A stretch of 43,944 bases of DNA, taken from contig JAWAET010000001.1 of assembly GCA_038891175.1 (NCBI GenBank), forward strand, positions 1-43,944, read 5' to 3'. Shown here piece after piece: positions 1 to 10,184 of this stretch. Each line of letters starts with the position of its first letter. Within the stretch, counting starts at the first letter, position 1. Below the pieces are notes generated by a model that did no database searches, had not been told where the DNA came from, and was given only the letters and a program-made list of their open reading frames with translations. The stretch comes from Candidatus Pacearchaeota archaeon. GTDB lineage: Archaea; Nanobdellota; Nanobdellia; Pacearchaeales; GW2011-AR1. The position numbers were made by a program, and so were the translations under genes.

Positions 1-636
1 TTCAAAATACCTTTTTTTAATTTAAAAAGAGAAAAAGAAGAGAACAAAACAGAGATTTTTCCAATAGAAGAAAATAAAACAGAAGAAGAAATAGAGATTT
101 ATATAAACTCTACTCAAATTTTCCTCGAAGAAAATGAAGAAAAAAATATTACTTTTGAAATAAAAAATAAAAAAAATAAAAGTGTAGAGATTTTACTAGA
201 AGGTAAAAAAGAGATAAAAGTAAAAATTGAACCTCTAGAAACAAAAAATGTTACAATAAACTTTTATTTTGAAAAAAAAGGTTTTTTTAATGAAAGTATA
301 ATGATAAAGTGGGATAATAGTTCAAAAGATTTTACTTTTTATTTTTATGTTTTAGAGAAAAATAGAGGAGAAAATCAAAGTTATCCTTCTTTAATAAAGG
401 AGGATTGTATTGGAGGAGAAATTTGCAAAGAAGGTGAAGATTGTATTGGAGGAGAGATGTATATTATCTTAAACAAAGGCTTTTGTTGTATTGGAGGAGA
501 ATGTAAAAAGATAGAAGAAAAAAAGAAAGACCCTAAGAAGTATGTAATAGGTATAACAATATTTTTGTTATTGGGAATCCTTTTTTATATGATGTGGAAA
601 AAAACAAAAAGTGTAAAAGTAGAGCCAAAGTTTTAA
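1..636 (+). CDS. Cys-rich cell-surface protein, 5'-truncated by the window edge, with a C-terminal TM anchor
   Basis: Frame 1 is open from base 1 into listed ORF 301..636. It has three CIGGE repeats (DCIGGEIC, DCIGGEMY, CCIGGECK), then the hydrophobic helix VIGITIFLLLGILFYMMW and a basic tail. Confidence 0.6.
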   Translation, partial: FKIPFFNLKREKEENKTEIFPIEENKTEEEIEIYINSTQIFLEENEEKNITFEIKNKKNKSVEILLEGKKEIKVKIEPLETKNVTINFYFEKKGFFNESIMIKWDNSSKDFTFYFYVLEKNRGENQSYPSLIKEDCIGGEICKEGEDCIGGEMYIILNKGFCCIGGECKKIEEKKKDPKKYVIGITIFLLLGILFYMMWKKTKSVKVEPKF

Positions 637-719
637 GAGAATAGTTGAGGATTTTCTAAGTAGTTTATAAAAAAGAAATCTCTTTTAAAAGTAAAAAGAA
701 CGCTTTTGTGTAAATAAAA

Positions 720-1595
720 TTAAAAAAGAGAACTATTTTTTAAATTAGATTTTACAAATTCTTTAACACGATTACTTGGAATAGCAAAACTTAATCCTTC
801 GTATCCTGCAATCTTAAAATTAATTATCCCTACTATCTTTCCCTCGGAATTAATTATCGGACCTCCCGAATTTCCAGGATTAACTGCAATATCTAACTGA
901 ATATAAGAAAGACCGTCGCTAGCGATTCTAGCAGGACTACTTATAATTCCTTCGCTAGCAGTAAAAGATAATCCTAAAGGGTTTCCTAAAGCTATAACTT
1001 TTTGTCCTCTCTCTAAATAATCAGAATTGCCAAACTCCAAATAATCAAAAGTTTCATTTGAAACTAATCTCAACAACGCAAGGTCCAAATAAGGATCAAA
1101 AGCTACAAGTTCAACGGAATAAAGAGAATCTGAATACGTCGCTACATTTGCTCTTCGAGCTCCCTTTATTACGTGATAGTTAGTTATAACGTACCCGTTA
1201 GGAGAGATTATTACTCCTGAGCCTTGCCCTTGATCTGTGAGAATATTTACTACAGAATCTATAGTCTCTTCTATTATCTTAGAAAAACTACGAGTCTCCA
1301 CTCTTAAATCATTTATTCTTTGATTTAGTTTACCTATTTGAAAATTATAATAAAAGTTTAAATCATCTAAAGATTTTTTAGTTTCGTTAATTTTTACATC
1401 TTTTTCAAATAACTCTTTTTTTAGCTCTAAATAGTTTTTATCAATTTTTTCATTTAGATAAATAAAAGAATTGTTCTGCATTTCAATAATCTTCTCTAAG
1501 TAATAATTTCCTAAATAAAGAAAAGTAAAGGAACATATTAAAAAAAGAAAAATAGCAAACAAGTAAAAACTATATTCTTTTTTTCTTTTTTCCAT
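720..1595 (-). CDS. Membrane-anchored trypsin-like serine protease (HtrA/DegP S1C core, no PDZ domain seen)
   Basis: Catalytic triad contexts are ITNYHVI (His), DLALLRL (Asp) and GNSGGPI (Ser). There is an N-terminal TM helix (FYLFAIFLFLICSFTFLYL) and a coiled-coil spacer. Confidence 0.8.
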   Translation of the reverse strand: MEKRKKEYSFYLFAIFLFLICSFTFLYLGNYYLEKIIEMQNNSFIYLNEKIDKNYLELKKELFEKDVKINETKKSLDDLNFYYNFQIGKLNQRINDLRVETRSFSKIIEETIDSVVNILTDQGQGSGVIISPNGYVITNYHVIKGARRANVATYSDSLYSVELVAFDPYLDLALLRLVSNETFDYLEFGNSDYLERGQKVIALGNPLGLSFTASEGIISSPARIASDGLSYIQLDIAVNPGNSGGPIINSEGKIVGIINFKIAGYEGLSFAIPSNRVKEFVKSNLKNSSLF

Positions 1596-1625
1596 GAAAA
1601 GAAGAAAATTTTTTTCTTTAAAAGA

Positions 1626-2867
1626 TTATTCATATCTTAATGCCTCGATAGGGTTTAATTTAGAAGCTTTATAGGCAGGCACCATTCCAGCAATTGCTCC
1701 TATAAAAATAGATAATACTAATGAACCAATAAGAATATCTAAAGAAAAAGAGGAGTTACCAAAATTTCTGATAAAACCTATATTATCTGAAGAAAAAACA
1801 TAACTTAAGAGATCTGAAGCAAAAACTCCTAAAATTATCCCACCGATTCCTCCGACAAAACCTATTAAACTAGAATTTAGTAAGAATATTAGTAAAATAT
1901 CTTTATTAGATGCTCCTATTGCTTTCATTATCCCTATATCTTTAGTTTTTTCTAATACTGAAGTAAACATAGTATTCGCAATACCTATTCCTCCTACTAA
2001 AAGAGAGATTGCAGCAATTGCCCCTAAAAAGAGAGTCATTGAATTCATCGTCTCTCTGACTGTTGATTGAATTGCAGAAGGATTAGTGATGCTAAAGTCT
2101 TGTTTATTTTTGTTTAGTATTCCTCTACTTAAAAGGAGTTTTGAAGTTATCTTATTTACTGTTTCATTTATTTTTTGGACATCTTCTACTTTTACTAAAA
2201 TTAAATCGAATTTTTCATTTCCTTCTTCTTTAAAGATTTTTCTAGCAGTATGAATAGGAATATAAACATTGTTTCCTCCGTTAGTAATACCTACTACAGT
2301 AAAAGAAACTCCTTCTATATTTATTTTTTTATTCAAAGAAATTTCGTTTGAAAAAGAATTTTTAATGAGATCAGATCCTATCACGACATTATATTCGTCA
2401 CCCGGAGATAAATATCTTCCTGCAAGAATTTTCTCTGTAGTAAGATCTTTCCAATACAAAATGTCTACACCTCTAACTGTCGTTATAATCTTCTTGTTTA
2501 GATAACTTATTTCCCCTCGAAGAGAGATTTCTCCGCTAACAAGTTTAACATTCTCTACAGATTTTATAGTTAGAACATCTTTTAAAGTCAAATTTTTTCC
2601 AGATGTTTGCTGAGATGAAAAAGAAGGTTCTCTAAAAAAACGAGCTTCACCTCCTCTTGCTCTAGAAAAACCTGGAGTGATAGTTATAATATCTGCTCCG
2701 AAACTACTAAGTCTTTCTTCAAGTTGTTTTTTTGCTCCCTCTGTAATAGAAAGAATCATAACAACTGCTCCTATTCCGATAATGATTCCTATTATTGTTA
2801 AAAAACTCCTAATTTTACTATGAAAAAGAAAGTTTAAAGAAAAAGAAAAAGCGTTAGAGAGTTTCAT
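1626..2867 (-). CDS. ABC transporter permease, MacB/FtsX family
   Basis: N-terminal TM, a large extracytoplasmic domain, and a C-terminal FtsX-type TM bundle with the KDIGIMKAIGA motif. It overlaps the upstream gene by 4 nt. It is paralogous to 10185..11387 and 11384..12592. Confidence 0.85.
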   Translation of the reverse strand: MKLSNAFSFSLNFLFHSKIRSFLTIIGIIIGIGAVVMILSITEGAKKQLEERLSSFGADIITITPGFSRARGGEARFFREPSFSSQQTSGKNLTLKDVLTIKSVENVKLVSGEISLRGEISYLNKKIITTVRGVDILYWKDLTTEKILAGRYLSPGDEYNVVIGSDLIKNSFSNEISLNKKINIEGVSFTVVGITNGGNNVYIPIHTARKIFKEEGNEKFDLILVKVEDVQKINETVNKITSKLLLSRGILNKNKQDFSITNPSAIQSTVRETMNSMTLFLGAIAAISLLVGGIGIANTMFTSVLEKTKDIGIMKAIGASNKDILLIFLLNSSLIGFVGGIGGIILGVFASDLLSYVFSSDNIGFIRNFGNSSFSLDILIGSLVLSIFIGAIAGMVPAYKASKLNPIEALRYE

Positions 2868-3781
2868 AGTAATAGGCTCTTTTTTTTCCTAAATAATTTG
2901 TAAGGGTTAATTTTAAAAAGAATTATAAGAAGGATAACTAAAAAAAATAAAATTAAAACATAATTTTTAAAAGAAAACTTATTAGAACTTGAGAAAACTC
3001 TTTTTTGAAAATTAGTATTAAAAGAGAGACTGTTATTTATATTCGGCTTGATTGGTATTTCTAATTTTTCAACTCTTCTTTCACCAAGCTCATCAGTATA
3101 ATAAACATCTAAGAGAAGTTTAACTTTCTCATTTTGCATTTTTTTATTTCCTAAAGAGTCGCTTAAAGAAAAAAAATTAAAACTTACAACACTATAGTCT
3201 CCTGTTTGTAAATTTCCTATCATTTGTCCGTCTATAATAATAGGTTTAAATAAAGGTTGATCTGGAACTCTTACTATAACAGAATTTGCGTTGTGCTTGC
3301 CTGTGTTTGCAATTGCAATAACCACATTATTGCCATTTATTTCTTGGATAACTGCATCGAATTTTGTTCTCAAATCCTTAACAGAAACATTAAACTTTTT
3401 TGTTAAAGTAATATTTTTTAAAAAAGAGTAATTTACTTCAATTTCATATTCGCTTGATATGGCGTCGCTGCTTACTCTTAATTTAAAAGGTATTAACCAA
3501 TTTTTTTTATAATTTGGATCCCAAATACTCCCAAAAATTTTTCTTTCGTTCTCTCCTTCCAAAGAAAAGGGAAAAGAAGGATTTATTTTAAAGCTAATCT
3601 CTTTACACTCGCTATTGTCCAAACCTCCGACTTGAAAAAGAAGAGTAACATATTCTCCTGGAACAGCAGGATAAGGGTCTTGGTTTATTAAAGAAACTTG
3701 AGGATCACAATTATTCAAAGCTAAAACAGGTTTTAATAAAAACAGAAAAAATAAGAAGAGCACTTTTTTTGAAACCATCAT
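2864..3781 (-). CDS. Secreted, C-terminally anchored surface protein associated with the MacB-type permease
   Basis: It has a signal-like N-terminus, the conserved block CDPQVSLINQDPYPAVPGEYVTLLF shared with 12699..13532, and a C-terminal TM (YVLILFFLVILLIILF) with a basic tail. Confidence 0.65.
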   Translation of the reverse strand: MMVSKKVLFLFFLFLLKPVLALNNCDPQVSLINQDPYPAVPGEYVTLLFQVGGLDNSECKEISFKINPSFPFSLEGENERKIFGSIWDPNYKKNWLIPFKLRVSSDAISSEYEIEVNYSFLKNITLTKKFNVSVKDLRTKFDAVIQEINGNNVVIAIANTGKHNANSVIVRVPDQPLFKPIIIDGQMIGNLQTGDYSVVSFNFFSLSDSLGNKKMQNEKVKLLLDVYYTDELGERRVEKLEIPIKPNINNSLSFNTNFQKRVFSSSNKFSFKNYVLILFFLVILLIILFKINPYKLFRKKKSLLL

Positions 3782-3833
3782 TATAATATAAGTGTTTTAT
3801 TTTTAAATATAATGGATAAGAAGTCCATTTATC

Positions 3834-4673
3834 TTAAAATTTATTTTTAAAAGAATAAAAGAGTTTTTCAATTTCTTCAATATTTTTCGAGAGAGTTATT
3901 TTTTTCCTTAGCATTTTAGCATTTTTTAAAGATTTAGTAAAGTTCATTGCCTGAAACTTTATTTGAGAAAAAGGTAACTTATACTTTTTAGCAAGAGCTA
4001 AATAATTAAAAAAGTTAAGATTACACTCCTTTCCTAAAAGAAAAGAAAAAATACAAGGTCTTCCGATTGCTTTTCTTCCTATCATTACAAAATCGAAAAT
4101 GTTTAGTAAACTCTTTGCATTTTTTTCATCTACATCACCAGAATAAATTATAGGTATCTTTGAATTTCTCTTTATTTTTATTGCAAATTCTATATCTGCC
4201 CTTCCAGAGTAACCTTGTTCTCTTGTTCTCGGATGAATAATTAAGGCGTTACAATATTTTTCTGCAATTTTTAAAATTTTAAAAGAATTTTCGGACTTTC
4301 TAATTTTAACTGATAAAAATTTCTTAGAATTTTCTCTCATTATTTTTAAGATATTCTCTATTTCCTCTATATCTGTTAAGTAGCTACCAAATTTTAATTT
4401 TTTTGCAGTCGACGAAGAACAACCCAAATTTAAATCCCATCCGCTAACTTGTTTATCAAACTTTTTAATAAACTTAGGAACTCCTAAAGAAGAATTACAG
4501 AATATTTGAAGAATTGGCTTATCATCTAAGAGAAGAGTTTTCAAAGAGAGAGGATTCGTCATTCCAGTGTAAACACCTCCTGCTCCTGCTTTCTTGCAAA
4601 GAATTCTAAAAGCAATATCATTAGGTTCTAACAACGGTGCCAAAATAAAAGGATTAGTGAAAGGGATTTTCAT
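3834..4673 (-). CDS. dus: tRNA-dihydrouridine synthase (Dus) family flavoenzyme
   Basis: The pattern is Dus-like: NPFILAPLLEPNDIAFRILCKKAGAG, LNLGCSSS (catalytic Cys loop), VKIRK, IHPRTREQGYSGRAD and MIGRKAIGRPCIF. Confidence 0.7.
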   Translation of the reverse strand: MKIPFTNPFILAPLLEPNDIAFRILCKKAGAGGVYTGMTNPLSLKTLLLDDKPILQIFCNSSLGVPKFIKKFDKQVSGWDLNLGCSSSTAKKLKFGSYLTDIEEIENILKIMRENSKKFLSVKIRKSENSFKILKIAEKYCNALIIHPRTREQGYSGRADIEFAIKIKRNSKIPIIYSGDVDEKNAKSLLNIFDFVMIGRKAIGRPCIFSFLLGKECNLNFFNYLALAKKYKLPFSQIKFQAMNFTKSLKNAKMLRKKITLSKNIEEIEKLFYSFKNKF

Positions 4674-4723
4674 AGAAAAAGATAATAAGAAAGATATAAA
4701 AAGTTTTTTTAATGAAAAATTAG

Positions 4724-5128
4724 ATGAAAGAATTTAGAGAATTTATAACCTCTGAAGGCAAATTAGTTCTTGGAGGAAAAAATGCAGAATCAAATGAAAA
4801 GTTAATTGCACAAGTTAAAGAAAATGAGATAGTTCTTCATACAAAAGAAGCAGGAAGTCCTTTTTGTAACATAAAAGAAGAATATAGAAAAACAAATAAA
4901 AAAGATATAAAAGAAGCTGCTATTTTTTGTGCGGCATATAGCAGAGATTGGAAAAAAAACAAAAAAGATGTTTTGGTGCACTACTTTTTGGGCAAAGATA
5001 TCTTTAAAGAAAAAAATATGAATTTAGGGACTTTCGGAGTCAGAAGATTTAAAGAGATTTTAGTAAAAAAAGAAGAAATAGAAAACTTCCTTAAAAAGAA
5101 TAAAAACTCTCAAGCGAGTATAATTTAG
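4724..5128 (+). CDS. NFACT-R/DUF814 domain RNA-binding protein
   Basis: The layout matches DUF814: LVLGGKNAESNEKLI, then LHTKEAGSPF, then EAAIFCAAYSR, then VHYF. Confidence 0.6.
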   Translation: MKEFREFITSEGKLVLGGKNAESNEKLIAQVKENEIVLHTKEAGSPFCNIKEEYRKTNKKDIKEAAIFCAAYSRDWKKNKKDVLVHYFLGKDIFKEKNMNLGTFGVRRFKEILVKKEEIENFLKKNKNSQASII

Positions 5129-5261
5129 AATAAGAATTTTACTTTTGTTTTTATAAAAAGCAGAACTCTAAATTGAAAACTAAACAAAAGTTTGAGACAT
5201 ATAAAATAGAGAGAATAGTTAAAATAGAATAGTTTAAAAACCCTCTTTTTTAGAAATTAGT

Positions 5262-5483
5262 ATGGGTGCAAAAACAAAAAAAGTAAAAGCTGCAGGAAGA
5301 TTTGGTGCAGGATACGGAAAACCAAAGGAAAGGTTAATCCTTATAGAAGAAAAACAGAGAAAAAAACAACAGTGCATATTTTGTAATGGAAGAGCAAAAA
5401 GAGTTTTTTTAGGAGTTTGGGAATGTGAAAAATGTAAAAGAAAATTCGCAGAACATGCTTTCTTTTTAGAAAAGTTTAAATAG
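5262..5483 (+). CDS. rpl37ae: 50S ribosomal protein L37Ae (eL43)
   Basis: N-terminal KKVKAAGRFGAGYG and a zinc ribbon CIFC...CEKC. Confidence 0.9.
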   Translation: MGAKTKKVKAAGRFGAGYGKPKERLILIEEKQRKKQQCIFCNGRAKRVFLGVWECEKCKRKFAEHAFFLEKFK

Positions 5484-5503
5484 TTACAAAAAAGAAGATT
5501 AAG

Positions 5504-5641
5504 ATGGTATCTTATAAATGTTTACAATGCGGAAAAAAGATAACTTCTGAAGAATTAGAAAAAAGATTTACTTGCCCTGAATGTGGTTCAAAGATTTTTT
5601 TTAAACCGAGAACTAAACCAAAAAGAGTAAAAACAGATTAA
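5504..5641 (+). CDS. rpoP: DNA-directed RNA polymerase subunit P (Rpo12/RpoP), 45 aa, absent from the ORF track
   Basis: My translation is MVSYKCLQCGKKITSEELEKRFTCPECGSKIFFKPRTKPKRVKTD, with the CxxC...CxxC zinc ribbon typical of Rpo12. It sits between rpl37ae and pfdB as in the archaeal exosome superoperon. Its stop overlaps the next ATG (TAATG). Confidence 0.8.
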   Translation: MVSYKCLQCGKKITSEELEKRFTCPECGSKIFFKPRTKPKRVKTD

Positions 5642-6000
5642 TGAATTTTGAAGATTTCTACGCCAATTTAGATGAAGAAACTAAAAAGAGGTTTCAAGAA
5701 TTGCAAATTTACGAACAAACATTTGAACAAATTCTCGAACAGGAAAAGCTAATAGATTTAGAAGTTGACGAGATAAATTACACAATTAATGAAATAGAAA
5801 AAGCAGAAGGAGAGATTTTTAAGTTAGTAGGTCATTACGCAGTGATAAAGACAGAAAAAAATAAATTTATAGAGGAATTAAATCATAAAAAAGAGCTATT
5901 AACATTAAATAAAAAAAATCTTGAAAAACAACGAAAAGTTTATGAAGAAAGAATAGAAGAAATAAAGAAAAGAATTATTGATAAAGTATCGAAAAAGTAA
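5641..6000 (+). CDS. pfdB: Prefoldin beta subunit
   Basis: About 119 aa, coiled coil, central hairpin (IFKLVGHYAVIKTEK), coiled coil. The position after rpoP is the conserved one. Confidence 0.75.
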   Translation: MNFEDFYANLDEETKKRFQELQIYEQTFEQILEQEKLIDLEVDEINYTINEIEKAEGEIFKLVGHYAVIKTEKNKFIEELNHKKELLTLNKKNLEKQRKVYEERIEEIKKRIIDKVSKK

Positions 6001-6165
6001 GAGAGATTAAGTACTTTTAAAAGAATTAATCCAATTTATTAATTTATAAAAAAGTTCTTGAAATTATATCTAAATTAAAAAATAAATAATCAATTTCGTC
6101 GAAAAATAATTTTAATATAATCTACTATAAAAAAGTTTAAATAGTCTATTTTAAATTAGTTTTGT

Positions 6166-6555
6166 ATGGTATTTAAATTTTTAAAAAGAAAAAAAGATGA
6201 AGAAGAGAATCAACAAGAGTTCATCGAAATAGATTCTACTGGCACTATAAAAGAATCAAAAGTATTAGTAAAAACATTCTCTATCAAATCTTATGAAGAT
6301 ATAAATAATATTCTAAATGCGCTTAGAGAGGGATATACTATAGCAGTAATAGACATAAAGCCAATAAGAGCTAAAGATGTTGTAGAATTGAAAAGAGCAG
6401 TAACTAAGATAAGAAAAACTGTTGAAGCAATGGAGGGCTCTATTGCAGCATTAGGAGAAAACATAGTAATTGCAGCCCCTTCTTTTGCAAAAATTCAAAA
6501 AGGAAATGTTCAAGAAGAACCAAAAAAAGAAAGTAAAGAAAAAGAAGAAATCTAA
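6166..6555 (+). CDS. sepF: SepF-like cell division protein (DUF552)
   Basis: Core block VKTFSIKSYEDINNILNALREGYTIAVIDIKPI...ELKRAV..IRKTVEAMEGSIAALGENIVIAAP matches the SepF pattern. Confidence 0.7.
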   Translation: MVFKFLKRKKDEEENQQEFIEIDSTGTIKESKVLVKTFSIKSYEDINNILNALREGYTIAVIDIKPIRAKDVVELKRAVTKIRKTVEAMEGSIAALGENIVIAAPSFAKIQKGNVQEEPKKESKEKEEI

Positions 6556-6624
6556 TAATTCTATTTTGTAATAAGTTTAGATAAGAATTTTATAAAGTAA
6601 TTTAATAAAAAAGAGTTTAATTAA

Positions 6625-8907
6625 TTAGGAAGAGACTCTTTTTTCTTCGAGGGATTTTACAAATTCTGCCATTTCTTTTGCTATATCTGCATTAACAGTT
6701 ATAGAATCTATTCCGTGGTCTACTAAAAATTCTACCATTTCTTTTCTCGAAGCGGCCTGCCCGCAAATGGAAGTTTCTACATTATGAAACTTACATTCTC
6801 TTATTACTCGAGAAATTTGTTTTTTTATAGCCCAATTTGTCTCATCGTAAAGATATTGAACTTCTTCATTTCCTCTGTCTACTGCTAAAGTAAATTGAGT
6901 TAAATCATTAGTCCCAAAAGAAATAAAGTCTATTTTCTCATTACAGATGTCTCTAATTAGAATAGCTGCTGCAGGAGTTTCTATCATAACACCTACTTTA
7001 ACGAGAGTTAACATTCCTAATTCTTCCATTACTTTTTTTGCTTCTCTTACTTCTAAAGGAGAGATAACTTGAGGAAACATAATCCCAAATTTATGATTCT
7101 TTTCTGATAACTCTTTCACTGCCAAAAGCTCTGCTTTGAACAAGTCTATATTTTTTAAAGAAAATCTTATTCCATGATTTCCAAGCATCGGATTTTTTTC
7201 AATATGTTTAGGGGCTCCTTCTAAATGAGAGTATTCGTCGCTCCTTATGTCAGAAGTTCTAACCCACATTTCTTTTCCTATAAAGTGCTTAGCTATCCTT
7301 TCTAAACCTTCTTTTATTAGCTCTTTATATTCTTCTATCTTATTATTATTTTTAAACCAAAGAGGATGCTTTCCAGAAGAAGCAATTATTCCTTCAAGCC
7401 TTATTAAACCAATACCGTGAGCATTAGCCTTTGCTGCTCTCTCGGCAAAATCAGGCAAGTCTACTAAAACCTTTATTTTTGTTTTTGTTTGAACTTCTAT
7501 AGGCAAAACCTGAACTTTTTTACTTTCTGCTTTTCCTAAATAAACTTTTCCTCTAAAACCATCTACAGTAATCTCCATTCCATCTTCTAATTTATTTGTT
7601 GCAATAGAGGTCCCTACCACACAAGGAATTCCCATTTCTCTTGAGACTATTGCTGCATGACTTGTAATACCTCCTTCATCTGTAACAATTGCAGAAGCTT
7701 TTTGCATAGAGACAACCATATCAGGATTTGTCATTTCCGTAACAAGAACATCTCCTTTCTTTATTTTTTCTAGGTCTTCCATTCTTCTTATTATTTTAAC
7801 AACACCAGAAGCAATACCTGGAGAAGCACCTAGTCCTTCTAATAAAACTTTTCCCTCTAACTCTTCATTTTCCTGTCTCTCTTTTAACGTTGTAATTGCT
7901 CTTGTTTGTAAAATAAAAATTTCATCATTTTCTATTGCGAATTCTATATCTTGAGGTTTGCCATAATGCTTTTCTAAACGAAGAGCATAATCTGCTAATT
8001 GTTTTATTTCATATAACTTCAAAACTCTCTGTTTTGATTTCTCTTCTGTAAGATTAACTGTTTTTGTTATTCCCGAAGAATCTCTCACAATTGCAATTTT
8101 TTTATCATTAATCTTCTCTTTTACTAATTCAAGATTATCTCTAGATACAAAATATTCATCAGGTTTTATTCTTCCGGAGACTATCCCTTCCCCTTGCCCA
8201 AACACTGCTTCTATTAAGATATCTTTCTGATTAATAGGATCTAAAGAAAAAATGACTCCTGACTTATCAGAATTAATCATTCTTTGTACGATTACTGCTA
8301 TTTTTGTGAAAGCATCGAATTTCTGTTTTATTCTATAATAAATCGAACGAGGAGTGAATATTGAAGCAAAAACTGCTTTTACTTTTTCTATTAATTCTTT
8401 ATTACCTTTAACATTTATGTAGCTTTCTTGTTGACCTGCAAAACTTGCATTCCCTAAATCTTCCGCAGTTGCTGAAGAACGTACAGAAACAAATGGAGGT
8501 TCTCTTGCTGTTTTTATTATTGCTAATGCATTTGGAGCATTTCTTACATCTTCAAACTCTATATTAAGGTTATCATAAGCCTCTAGAATTTCTTTTTGTA
8601 ATTCTTCTGGCATTTTTGAAGATATAATCAATTTCTTTATTTCTTCTGATTTTTCATTCAATTGTTTGGTGTTTTCTATATCTATCTTCGAAAGAAGAAA
8701 AGTTATTCTCTCTCTAAGATTAGTTTTATCTAAAAAAAATTCAAAAGCCTTAGTAGTGATAACAAATGCAGGAGGAACAGGAAATCCTTCATTGTACATT
8801 TCTCCGAGATTTGCTCCCTTCCCGCCTGCTATAGGAACATCCTCTTTTCTTAATTCTGAAAGCCAAAGAATAAAACCATCTTTCATAAGATAAGAATAAC
8901 TTTTCAT
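6625..8907 (-). CDS. ppsA: Phosphoenolpyruvate synthase (pyruvate, water dikinase)
   Basis: ATP-grasp N-terminus GGKGANLGEM, phosphohistidine swivel GGITSHAAIVSREMGIPCVVG, and the PEP-utilizer TIM barrel FISFGTNDLTQ. Confidence 0.95.
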   Translation of the reverse strand: MKSYSYLMKDGFILWLSELRKEDVPIAGGKGANLGEMYNEGFPVPPAFVITTKAFEFFLDKTNLRERITFLLSKIDIENTKQLNEKSEEIKKLIISSKMPEELQKEILEAYDNLNIEFEDVRNAPNALAIIKTAREPPFVSVRSSATAEDLGNASFAGQQESYINVKGNKELIEKVKAVFASIFTPRSIYYRIKQKFDAFTKIAVIVQRMINSDKSGVIFSLDPINQKDILIEAVFGQGEGIVSGRIKPDEYFVSRDNLELVKEKINDKKIAIVRDSSGITKTVNLTEEKSKQRVLKLYEIKQLADYALRLEKHYGKPQDIEFAIENDEIFILQTRAITTLKERQENEELEGKVLLEGLGASPGIASGVVKIIRRMEDLEKIKKGDVLVTEMTNPDMVVSMQKASAIVTDEGGITSHAAIVSREMGIPCVVGTSIATNKLEDGMEITVDGFRGKVYLGKAESKKVQVLPIEVQTKTKIKVLVDLPDFAERAAKANAHGIGLIRLEGIIASSGKHPLWFKNNNKIEEYKELIKEGLERIAKHFIGKEMWVRTSDIRSDEYSHLEGAPKHIEKNPMLGNHGIRFSLKNIDLFKAELLAVKELSEKNHKFGIMFPQVISPLEVREAKKVMEELGMLTLVKVGVMIETPAAAILIRDICNEKIDFISFGTNDLTQFTLAVDRGNEEVQYLYDETNWAIKKQISRVIRECKFHNVETSICGQAASRKEMVEFLVDHGIDSITVNADIAKEMAEFVKSLEEKRVSS

Positions 8908-9027
8908 TTTTTAAATCTTTTTATAAAATTCTAAAATAAAAGCAGAATTTAAATTTGTTTTTATAAACTCTAAAAAGAAGAGAGATTAGATAGATTTAAA
9001 ATATTTAAATTTAATCAGTATAAATAT

Positions 9028-9109
9028 GCCCTCGTCGCATAGTGGTATTGCACTGGACTTGAGATCCAGGCCCTTCTAGGGCACCCAGGTTCGATTCCTG
9101 GCGAGGGCG
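9028..9109 (+). tRNA. tRNA-Ser (anticodon UGA), type II with long variable arm
   Basis: Acceptor GCCCTCG/CGAGGGC, anticodon arm CTGGA-CTTGAGA-TCCAG, variable arm GCCC-TTCTA-GGGC, T arm CCAGG-TTCGATT-CCTGG. Confidence 0.85.
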
Positions 9110-9140
9110 TAAAAATAATTAGAAGGAAGCAAGAAGAAGA

Positions 9141-9338
9141 TTAGAATTTTTTAAAATTATTTATTATATCGATGTAATCTTCATGACCTAAGAACATAGC
9201 TCTACAACAGTACCTTTCTAAACCTAATTCATCTAAGACTTTTCCTGCATCTTCTCCTTTTGAAGTCCTTTCTTTAAATTCTTTCCATAGATGTGCAATA
9301 GGTTTTCCACAACTAAAACATCTTATAGGGATTATCAT
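9141..9338 (-). CDS. rpoN: DNA-directed RNA polymerase subunit N (Rpo10/RpoN)
   Basis: [14 protein letters not shown]...ERYCCRAMF is the Rpb10/RpoN signature. Confidence 0.9.
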   Translation of the reverse strand: MIIPIRCFSCGKPIAHLWKEFKERTSKGEDAGKVLDELGLERYCCRAMFLGHEDYIDIINNFKKF

Positions 9339-9388
9339 AAAAGAGTAATATACGAAGCATTTTTAAATGTTTTGATATTTTTAGGTAT

Positions 9389-10078
9389 ATGAATGAGATA
9401 ATTAGGTTAGAGGACGTTTATAAAATATATAACGTAGGAGAAACAAAGGTCTATGCTTTAGCAGGAGTTTCTCTCTCGATAATAAAAGGACAATTTGTAG
9501 CAATAATGGGTCCATCTGGTTCTGGAAAGTCTACCATGATGAATCTAGTCGGTTGTTTAGATACTCCGACAAAAGGAAGAATTTTGTTAGACAATTATAA
9601 TATTTCTCATCTTCATGAATCTGACTTGGCACAAATAAGAGGGAGAAAAATAGGATTTATTTTTCAGCAATTTAATCTTATACCTACATTAACAGCAAGA
9701 GAGAACATACTTTTACCTATGAGATTTCAATCTAGAAGTAAAGAAGAACAAGAAAAAAAAGTAGAAGAATTATTAAGACTCGTAGAGTTAAAAGAAAGAG
9801 AAAACCATTATCCAAAACAACTTTCTGGAGGTCAACAACAAAGAATTGCAATTGCAAGAGCATTAGCTAATGATCCCGAAGTAATTTTAGCAGATGAACC
9901 TACTGGAAACTTAGATTCTAAAAGCGGAAAGAGAGTAATGGAATTCTTAGAAAAACTTCATAAAAATGGAAAAACGATAGTGCTCGTAACCCATGACCAA
10001 AATTTAGCTAAAGAATACGCACAAATTATTTACTTTTTAAAAGACGGAAAGATTATAAAAGTAAAAAAGAATAAGTAG
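9389..10078 (+). CDS. ABC transporter ATP-binding protein (MacB/LolD-type)
   Basis: Walker A GPSGSGKST, signature LSGGQQQR, Walker B ILADEPT, H-loop VTHD. Confidence 0.9.
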   Translation: MNEIIRLEDVYKIYNVGETKVYALAGVSLSIIKGQFVAIMGPSGSGKSTMMNLVGCLDTPTKGRILLDNYNISHLHESDLAQIRGRKIGFIFQQFNLIPTLTARENILLPMRFQSRSKEEQEKKVEELLRLVELKERENHYPKQLSGGQQQRIAIARALANDPEVILADEPTGNLDSKSGKRVMEFLEKLHKNGKTIVLVTHDQNLAKEYAQIIYFLKDGKIIKVKKNK

Positions 10079-10184
10079 ATTTATAGAGAGACTATCTTCA
10101 AAAATGCTTTCTTTTAGAAAATAAAGATATAAAAAGATTAATTAAAAACAACATGTATAAAAAAGATGTTTTATAAAAAGAATA

